Source of the DNA: Octopus vulgaris
Taxonomy: Eukaryota
Direction of reading: 5' to 3'
DNA: 64,000 nucleotides
Assembly (NCBI GenBank): GCA_951406725.2
Contig: OX597822.1
Span: 20,770,001-20,834,000, forward strand
In this document: in pieces, positions 55,056 through 64,000 of the stretch
Layout: the number at the start of each line of letters is the position of its first letter
How positions within the stretch are numbered: the first letter of the stretch is position 1
Program-made: the position numbers and the translations under genes
Notes under the pieces: generated by a model
Database searches by the model: none
What the model saw: the letters and a program-made list of their open reading frames with translations, nothing else
Told to the model about the DNA's origin: nothing

Positions 55056-55533
55056 CACTGGTCAAAAAAATGAAACTTTTTTTAATCACCAGAGTTACTG
55101 ATTGACTTTTCTGGGTTAATTTTTGATGTTAATTACGAATCTGAAGTCCAATTTCCTCTATCGGGTTACATTTTCATGTTAATAATACCTGCTGTTTTAA
55201 TTTATAGGATATGTAAAGCATGTCTATATAAAATATATTGAATAAAAGATACGATAATTTCATGGCTTTTTATTGTACAAAATTAAGATTATTGTGTACA
55301 AATAAGTTAGAATACACTCAAATGCATAACAACTTTAAAATCTTTGGGATTTGGACTTTCTATGGTGTTTTGTCTCAGGTTCATCCCTGTATAACATCCA
55401 ACAGTAGTCAGCTAACATTTCTGCATTCCAAAATCCTTGATATCGTTGTTCCATCGATGCAATATTTTGATGAAAGCGTTCCCCTTGCTCATCAGACACT
55501 GCTCCAAGGTTCTCAGCAAAAAAGTCCAGATAA
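55056..55533 (-). mobile_element. Chapaev3-like (CMC) DNA transposon 3' end
   Basis: LDFFAENLGAVSDEQGERFHQNIASMEQRYQGFWNAEMLADYCWML is a conserved transposase C-terminus. Terminus CACTGGTCAAAAAAA at 55056. The superfamily assignment is from recalled motif similarity. Confidence 0.7.
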
Positions 55534-55542
55534 TTATCTCTT

Positions 55543-56627
55543 GGCACGCTTTCCCGCAGCTCGTCTCCTTGGACGAACTACAGTCATGGATCAAGCAGAG
55601 ACCGAGGCTAGGCGAATGGCACCACGAGTGTCGCGTTGCTCTCAAGCAACTCTGCCATCCGGGATCGAACTTGTGCGACTCCACCACAACAAAGGCATTC
55701 TATAGAGGATTAGTGGAGGGGAGGTGCGACGACAAACTCGGGCAGAGTCTGGGCGTCGACGAGGAACACCTGACCCACCTGTTCAGGACAACTTTCGGGC
55801 CAGGACCTATGAACAATCACCAAAGATCCCTGGCCTGGCAGTGCTATCGACAAGAATTACCTGTTCGGGATAAGCTCTACAGACACGGTTCCAGACACAC
55901 TGGACCGAGTTGCCCGAGATGCGGTCAGAGCGACGAAACCGTTCTGCATGCACTCGTGCAATGTCCAACCATTTCAGACCTGTGGGCTTATGCCGAACGG
56001 CTGCTGTCACATGTGGGACGAATCTGCCTATTGGCCGAGTCTATCGTGAGAATTGCTCCGCCCCCTTCCCTCAACCAGGAAGGCAAGGCAGTTTTCATCG
56101 TACTGGTGGCCATGGTGAAAGAATGTGTGTGGTGGACCCGAGTGAAAGGATTAGAGACAAACACTTACCTCTCTGGCCAATCGCTCATCAACTTTTTCAA
56201 GTACCACTTGAAAAGGAAGGTGAGAATGGAGAGGGAAGTTTTGTCTCGCGAAAGATTCAAAAAAAGATGGGTGAATGTTGCAAAGATGGTGCGTGCTAGT
56301 GACGAAACCATTTTGAGCATGATCCTGTAGATCGTAAAAAAGAAAGAAAGAGAGCATTTTGATCTCATGTGGTTATTTCCTCCCTGACTGAGGTTCCCGT
56401 GGTCTTTTCTGTAGGCTTTTCTTCCCACGGATGAACCCAATCTTGTTATATCAATGTTTTTATCATTATTTCTGTGATACACGATTTCTTTTCTTTTTTT
56501 CCTCCTCTCGATCCCTTTTGATCGCAATCTTACATTTATTTTCTTTTTTTTCCACCCTCGAAAAGAAAAGCTCTGCATTTGTATTTGTCCCCTCTGTATT
56601 CAGCCCTGTGTGGCTAATAAAAGAAAG
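55543..56627 (+). mobile_element. Young 5'-truncated L1/Tx1-like LINE (zf-RVT C-terminus, stop at 56330)
   Basis: Uninterrupted frame TKAFYRGL...LAWQCYRQELPVRDKL..CPRCGQSDETVLHALVQCPTISDLW (CCHC zf-RVT), T-rich 3' UTR, AATAAA, 9-bp TSD ttatctctt (55534-55542, 56628-56636), CpG-rich. Confidence 0.9.
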
Positions 56628-56849
56628 TTATCTCTTTTGTAATGGCTTCTTTTGCTTGGAGTTGGTGAATCTTGTACCTCCATCACTCAGAAATTCCTGA
56701 CCCACTCTAATTTCCACCTCTTGTCACTTTTGTGTTACTATCCTCAGGGCTTCACAATAATCTATGCTCAGTCCCTCCTCCTCAGGGCCCCACAATAATC
56801 TCTATGCTCAGTTCCTCCTCCTCACACCTGTTCATATCATTCCTGTAGA

Positions 56850-57180
56850 TGTTGACTTGGAACATCTATAGCATCACTCTGACCAACTTTGGAGAGCCAG
56901 CAAAGATCATGGACACTGTCTTTTCCTTCAAAAAAACCCAAAAAAACCTTCTGATCTGCTGTGATATTTTGTCATTTCTACTACTGTTAATGTGGTCTCT
57001 GCTCCTTAGAGATGAATAAACTTGAGCTATCACAACATTCACCCTGCCCTTACAACTATCTGCCAAATCCTTTCATCTCAGAATGTCAATCCCTCGGAAT
57101 TCTTTCCTTGCTAATGCTTTTCTTTCAGTCTTTGATTTGTAATTGCTTAAGAAGAGTATCAACCACATTGATCTCACTCA
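56850..57180 (+). mobile_element. Jockey/CR1-like LINE 3' remnant
   Basis: SFHLRMSIPRNSFLANAFLSVFDL*LLKKSINHIDL resembles SF.PR...LWNSLP...FP...DL..FK..IN. A related remnant lies at 61570-62050. Confidence 0.5.
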
Positions 57181-58799
57181 TCTTTATGTAACTTCGATAT
57201 AAGTGTCAACTTACTTGGATATCTGATGTAACACCAAGGGCATACATTCAAATTGTGTGCTAATAATTTACTTTTACACTGAATCTTCTACAAGCAGGTA
57301 ACTATGATTTAAGCATCTGACATTTATTCTATATAATAATAATTCATCTTATTCTATAATGTTTAGTGGCACCTGTTTCAATACATATGGTACACCAGTA
57401 CATATCAATAAAATAGCTAAAGTCTCGAGATCTTTTCCTATCTTGCAGATAACATGTGAGATGATATGTTTTTCAGTTTCTTTTTCGAAGCTTTATTATT
57501 ATAAAACAGCTTGTAAAGAAATAATGAAATAATCAAAAATCTTAATTTCAAACTTTATTTAAGATTTTCTATTGATATTTTAGTAAACAATGTGATAAAG
57601 TGAACTGAATGTACAGGTGAGAAATTATCAGTGAGTACTGCTTCAAACAACAGCTGCAATGTCAGAGTGCAACTTATTTACTTTGATTTTCTTTATGAAA
57701 TATCTTAAGGCTGTATCAAGACTTCTGAGAGTCCTGCTATGTAAACATTCCAACAATGTTCTAGCAACAGAAGCCATATATACCAATGAAATGGTGTTAT
57801 CTCAACAAATGCAAGACTTCTACACATTATGGGAGAAATGCTCCCTTGGGGTGTTCATAGAATAATCCATTCAATGATTATTATTTTGCATACATACATA
57901 CATACATACATTCATAATCTTTTCACCATTTTCGTACACAATCTTGCACATTTTTAAACTCTTCAAACACTCCAATAATGAGCAGCTGGTTACTCAAGGT
58001 GTGAACTGATTCCATGGTTACATAAAGAACAATCAATAACATGCTTCTCTTTCACTTTAGTGTCTCAAGTTAGACTAAATCCAGCTAGAACATTTATACT
58101 CACTCCATATTGACTCTGTACCCTTTGACAAGTAGAAAAGCAGTTTAATCACTGTTGGTAGAAATAGAAAAATGTTGACATCTTAAATATTTGAATTACT
58201 TCTATGCAAGAAGGAAAAAGATTAAGGCAGTAACTGCATTCAAACTAATAATATTTATATTGTTCATATCTCGTAGGATACCAAGATCTGATTATGCTTC
58301 TGCAGTACATTTTTGTGATCTGTGACCTTCATTGTTAGACATTGTCAGTACTTAAAGAATAATGAGTAACAAAATTAAAAAATTCTGAATTGATTCCACC
58401 ATTAACAATTGCACCTTATGCCAAAGATGGAGCCTCTGTCTGATTACTCAGCCTGCTGGAGGTATAAGCCAAAATCACTGAGATCACACTTTACTGTGTT
58501 AAAAGTGAAGCACACAATGGATAAGAATATCCTAGATACATCTTCAGAATAAAAGATGAGGTGGGCATGGCTGAAACATGAACTTAAAAAGATTGGAAGA
58601 CCTGAAGTCATGCCAATAAATAATCCCAAAAAGATGCATTTAGAAGGATTTCATAATCATTAGAAATATGGTATAAGTAATTTTTAAAATAAAGAAAGGC
58701 TTAAAAGAATTTACTTTTGTAAATATAGCACATGTGAATCTAAAGAGGTAATATTTGGTAACTCATCTATGGTAACTAAAAGTAAGACATATTAATATT

Positions 58800-58943
58800 C
58801 AACCCTTTTAAACTGACCATATCTGCTCCAAATATTCCACCTGCTTTATATCAAAACTGGCCAGATCTGGCCAGTCATGCCTATCTTACAATGTCATTTA
58901 AAAAATAAGCTATCACAGAGTAATTTGAATGTTAAATGGTTAA
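58800..58943. mobile_element. Degenerate copy of the piggyBac-type MITE at 14295-14506
   Basis: aacccttttaaactgaccatat..aaatattccacctg..acaatgtcattt..aatgttaaatggttaa. Confidence 0.65.
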
Positions 58944-61900
58944 CAACAATCTCACATAATCAAAATATAAACCATTTTCTTCTACACACTGTTATACAGT
59001 AAAGTACCAAGAACCTAATATTGAAACCAATATTAAGCTCTCTGGAACTGAAATGATATAAAATGTTTACATTATTAAGGAGGATCAACATTTAACTCGT
59101 ATGTAACTGTATTTCTAATGAAATGCAATATCTATATATTGTAATTAGTTTAGAAATTTGACTAGAATTTGGAAGAATTCAATAAAATAACCACCTTCTT
59201 CGAAATTATGCAGAACATAACTGATAGACAGGATCTTACATAAAATTTTGTTGGGAGATTTTAATTTAAATATGAATGCGTTAACATAGATGTTATATTA
59301 AGAAGAGTGGTAGTATCACATAGGGTTAAAGATTGTCACTATCTATAAGTGACTGAAGATGATGTATGGCCTATTTGTGAAAATTAATGGCAATATAGAA
59401 ATCTAATTAGCACTCTTGTGATTCTGAGAAGGGTTATACTAGGTATTGAGATAAGTAGAAAAATGCTTAAGGAATTATTGCTGGAGCTGAAAACAAAGAT
59501 ATAATACACACGGCTTACATGTGCATGTGTATAATTACAGAGGTATCAGACTGCTGGACCAGGTCATGAAAATTAACAGAGAAAATAGTCTTTGTATGTG
59601 GTAGATGTTCAGGTACAATAAATATCAAGAATGTACAGGAAATAGACTCCATCCTACCACCCATGTTCACTACTTACTGCAGGCTCCCCGACTCTCCCTC
59701 ATATGCCTGTCTGCACAATCATATATCTTTTTCTCACATATATTTCTCTCACCATCACTTGCTACAGTTGCCTCTCCTCTCACACACTTATGGAACATCC
59801 CCCTCTATTCACTTATACTCTCCACCACCATTCCACTGTCTATTTCCTTCTCATACTCTGACTGTCTCTATAGCTGTCTTTCCTTTCCTAACTTTTCCTA
59901 CTGGATAGCCAAGTATCTCCTCTATAGTAAAAAAACATCTCTCTTTCCTTCTATTACACTCTAACCTCTCAACTGGCACAAAGTCAACTCCCTTGGTTCC
60001 ACTCCCTCTCCCATCTGTGAGGTCTTCCACATTACTTGACAACTTCACTGGTGTTGGTGCCATGTAAAAAGTACTGGTGCCTCACAAAAAGCACCCAATA
60101 CACACTGTAAAGTGGTCAGCATTATGAATGAATCCACTCAATCACACTTTATTGACTTAAAAAACGGAAGGACTTATTCAACAGTGTGTTACATGTAATA
60201 TGTAAGAAAAAGTAACGGGATGGTTACGCCCAGAATATTCTTGATCACAGATCTGCTGGATCTGGTCTGATCTGAGGCTAGACAATAGCGAGGATTTTCA
60301 GTAACTCTATATAATGTATGAAAAGTTTCTTTGGTGATAAGCTGCAGTTAATTAGATTGAGTTTTAAATGTTATATTCCATATATCAGACGGTATGACTT
60401 GGTAGATTGAATTACTGTATAGAACTAGCTTTTTGGCTGAAAGATCAGCAGTTCATCTTTTGCTGTTGGCACTGTACTGTTTAATTATCAAAAATATCTG
60501 GTGGTAGATATTAATAATAGCAGCATAAAGTATACTTCTTTAAATAGTGAAGGTAATACATAATATATTCATGTTTTTACTAGTTTACAATATTTAGCTA
60601 AAATGACCCCTATAGACCTGGTGAAGGTGTTAGGGAAATTATCGCAGTGTATCTTACCTTTGGTTCTCTATATGAAAAGAGTTATCAGTAGTTTCTAATA
60701 ATTTCACTTTATCTGACTGAGTAGGGAGATTAATGAATATATTCTGTTATATTATGAGGTAATTTGAAAAATGTCAAAGAGTATAATTAAAATTTGATTT
60801 TGGTGATGTCAAAGAGTATAAGTAAAATTTGGTTTTGGTGGCATTGTTGTTGTTGATAATGACACTGAAAGTTGTTTATTGGAGCTTGTTAGTTTTATTA
60901 AAACTGGAATTGTTTTTCAAAAGCTATTTCATAGGAAAATGAAAGCTATTTGTGTGTCTGACCACAAAACTATAAGGTGGTTGGTTTCCAAAATACCTTG
61001 CAGTATGGTAATATTTAATAAACAGTTATGGGAACAAATTCCTTTTTATATAATTGGATGCTGTACATTAACGCTAAATATTTAATGAGCCAATAAGGGT
61101 GCTTTTTCATGGTAGTTCTCCCTACTAGAACCAGCAACCAAATCTCTGTGAAATCATAGCCTGCTATCTTTAAAAAAGGACATATATGTAATGTAGGAAT
61201 AAACAAGATGGTTATGTCACTTGATCATAGTTCTGCTCATTCAGGCTTGATCTCAAGTAGAACAAGAAGAAGCACAACAAAAACAATTATAACTAAACAT
61301 TTAAATGCACAACAATGGCTGTACAACTATGCAGTAGAACTGATTGCTATTTTACAGTTAAATTGAGTGAATCAGGTTATATGAATTACATTATCATAAA
61401 TATGCAATACATTAGCTGACTTGTTTGAACTTGTCAACTATTCAACATTTTTATTTTACATTGGAGTCATCTATTTATGCTTTAGCTAGCATTCAGGAGA
61501 GCAGATTCATAAGAGTAGTTATAGAACTCTTCTTTCTCATTTAAAATTACTAAACCTATATAAAACCCAAGTGACATCCAGGATGGAGCACTGCTCCAGC
61601 AATTAGAATGGTGCTAATACTAGACATACAGACATCCTGGATCATATGAAAAAAGCCAACTGACATGAACTTGTCCACCAACATACTTCAGCCCCTGGCC
61701 CACTGGCATACCATTTTTTTCACTTTGCTGTTGGAGTTAACTGGCCTGAAACCATTTCCATTCAGATCCACTCATCTCTTGCCCTCTCGTCACTGACATT
61801 GTATCTACCACCCAGACCTCTGCTTCTTGGAACTGGCTGCCCACATATATTCACTCAGATCCATCTGACTCTCTCATCTTTTCTTCCTTCTTCTCTGATA

Positions 61901-63409
61901 TTGTGTTCACCATCCAGACCTTTAGATTAAGCACTTTCACAGTCCCTCCTCCTTGAAATGTGGAATGCATCTAAAATTCCTTTCCCGTGTTTTTTTTTTA
62001 CTGCTCCTAAACTTAGAGCATTTCAAGAAAAACATCAACTTTATCAGTTTCACCAGAGACTGGATCTGTAATGGTAAAGAACACAACCTTTTATTCCAGA
62101 CTAAACCATATAAAAACATAATAAATAACAGACTGAAATAAAGCAAATTGATAAATGTGTGAAACTGTTAAACTTTTTTTAGCACATCAGTGGTGGATCA
62201 TTTAAACTTGAAGTAAAAATAGAAGTATGTCATTAAAATTTAATTTTTAGTTATACAATAAAGCCATAATGATTTACAAATTTCAACTATTGTTCACATT
62301 AACTGGTACAAAAACAAGACACGTGGCCATTTTAGGAATTTGTTTTATATTTGATTATTTTACTCTCATACCAATTAAATGCTCTTAATGTGAGATCGAT
62401 TGCAAATAACATGCCTGTTTATGTATTTTTGTATGCATACACATACACACACACATGAGTATGTATGTATGAAGTGGTGGCCATTTGTATAGGAGAGAAA
62501 AGTTTGCAGTAAGGATGCTTTGAGCTAAGAAATCTTTTAAAATGTGATTATCATGTTATTAACAGTACCATCAATGAAATAAAATAAAATTACCAGTGGT
62601 AATAAAACTTAGGCAGAAGTGTTGTGCTAACAGCAGCACTTTAAATAAATAAAACTCTGTAATGATAATAAAATGGACAAGAAAGGAAAAAAGAGTAGTT
62701 TAGCTATCCAACTGTGTATATATATGAATGACAACATAACAATGTGTATGTGTATGTGCATACTATATATAGGCTGGGAAATTAGTAAAAATACAAAAAT
62801 CAAAATTATAGCAAAAACAGAAATAAAATATGATAAACAAGCAAACAATAGATTTTTTTTTCTCAATGGCTTCTCTCTTTATCCGCTATCCTTCCCTAAA
62901 TATACGATTATTGCTTCTGGCACAGAAAATAATACAATAAAACAAATGTAAAGAGGTATTCCAGTACTGGAATACAAGCTTTAATAACATCATAAAAAAT
63001 TTGATGTGAATTTTTAAAGTCTAAAACTTTTTAAAGAATTTTATTTCAGCAATTAAATCTCATTTATTTATTAAATATATTTATTAGTTAAATTTTGTCA
63101 GTGACTTGAATATTAAAAAGAAAATACTAACAAATAATTTATTTATATAAGGGAATTTGGTTAATTAAATGTTGGATTTTAGCTAAAAGTTTTCCTCTAA
63201 TTTATGTTTAATTGGTTGTTCTTTAGTTCTTTCATTAGAATATGGTGTGAAAACTTTTACCTTTCTAAAAATCTCTCATTAAAGAAGGACTCCTCCTTTT
63301 TACAATATCTAACTTTGTTTTCTTATTTTTCTCTATATAATTAATGAAGAAACTTTTAGATTGTCAGAATCACCAAAGCCTTGCAGTATTTGTGCTGATT
63401 TTTAAAAAA

Positions 63410-63560
63410 TATTTTGAGTTTAAATCCTGTTGAGGTCAACTTAGCTATTATTTCTCCAGAGTTGACAAAATAAAGTACCAGTCAAGAACTAGTGGTGGTG
63501 GTGGTGACAAGGTTGATTTCATTGACTGTCATTTTCTTCCAAATTTTTGGCCTTGTACTT
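63410..63560 (+). mobile_element. Degenerate Meta-type SINE
   Basis: gagtttaaatcctgttgaggtcaactt...aaataaagtaccagtcaag...ttttggccttgt. Confidence 0.6.
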
Positions 63561-64000
63561 ACTAACAAATGCCAAAGCTATCTGAAACAATGACATACAG
63601 ACCAGCTGGACAAAATATTTACAACTTTTTTCTCATTGTTGATGCTCAGCTCCGTGGATATTGAAAAGAAAGTTGACTCAAATAGCTCCATCCTCTTTTC
63701 ACTATAAAACACACCTTTGGTATATCATTAACTACTGTAAGTGATCTGGGTACTGAGGATTTGAACATGCTCATAGTATATCAATCTCACTACTACCAGT
63801 TAGTAAGGAACTGGGATGAGGAAAAAAAAGTTGATTAGAAGTTCTATCTTTTCTATTTTTACCTCCAGCATATTTTCAGAATGAACTGGGAAATGGTAGA
63901 GTTTCATGAAAGGAATGGTAATATATCAACTTTGACTGTTCTGCCTGAAGATAGATTTCTGTCTGATGTTTTATTGATTGTTATCAACTTCATATTTCCT

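Noticed and set aside
55437-55542. N-terminus of the 297-aa ORF as a real gene start
   Set aside because: It lies outside the LINE TSD in antisense transposase sequence, so the fusion is fortuitous.
58400-58660. Short ORFs on both strands
   Set aside because: No recognisable domain and no convincing splice-site pair.
60658-60716. Possible minus-strand exon (cag|SDKVKLLETTDNSFHIENQ|gtaaga)
   Set aside because: The splice signals are plausible, but there is no recognisable homology or partner exon. It cannot be supported without RNA-seq.
60770-60842. Short tandem duplications (also 926-965, 41399-41462, 56743-56823)
   Set aside because: Ordinary slippage duplications with no further structure.

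Overview
This is AT-rich, microsatellite-saturated eukaryotic non-coding DNA. The repeat families and the (TA)n/(CA)n/(TATG)n load suggest an octopus (coleoid cephalopod) intron or intergenic region, but the taxon is inferred, not shown. I cannot support any intact host protein-coding gene: almost all long ORFs in the track are translations of dinucleotide repeats. The window is mostly mobile-element remnants: RTE, CR1/Jockey-like and L1/Tx1-like LINEs, Penelope-like elements (a GIY-YIG remnant plus several hammerhead-ribozyme-like pLTR motifs), tRNA-derived CORE- and Meta-type SINEs, mariner (DD34D), maT (DD37D), Chapaev3-like, hAT and piggyBac-type elements. There is also a heavily decayed histone H4 pseudogene. 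Most interesting: (1) a Penelope pLTR that fuses a tRNA-like Pol III module, an (AAT)n spacer and a minimal hammerhead; (2) two SINE-LINE pairs sharing 3' stem-loop tails, including a Meta-type SINE with the tail of a young L1/Tx1-like LINE; (3) several long fold-back structures not explained by recognisable TEs; (4) a decayed 21-bp (heptad) coding-like repeat. All alignments were done by eye, so boundaries of degenerate elements are approximate.
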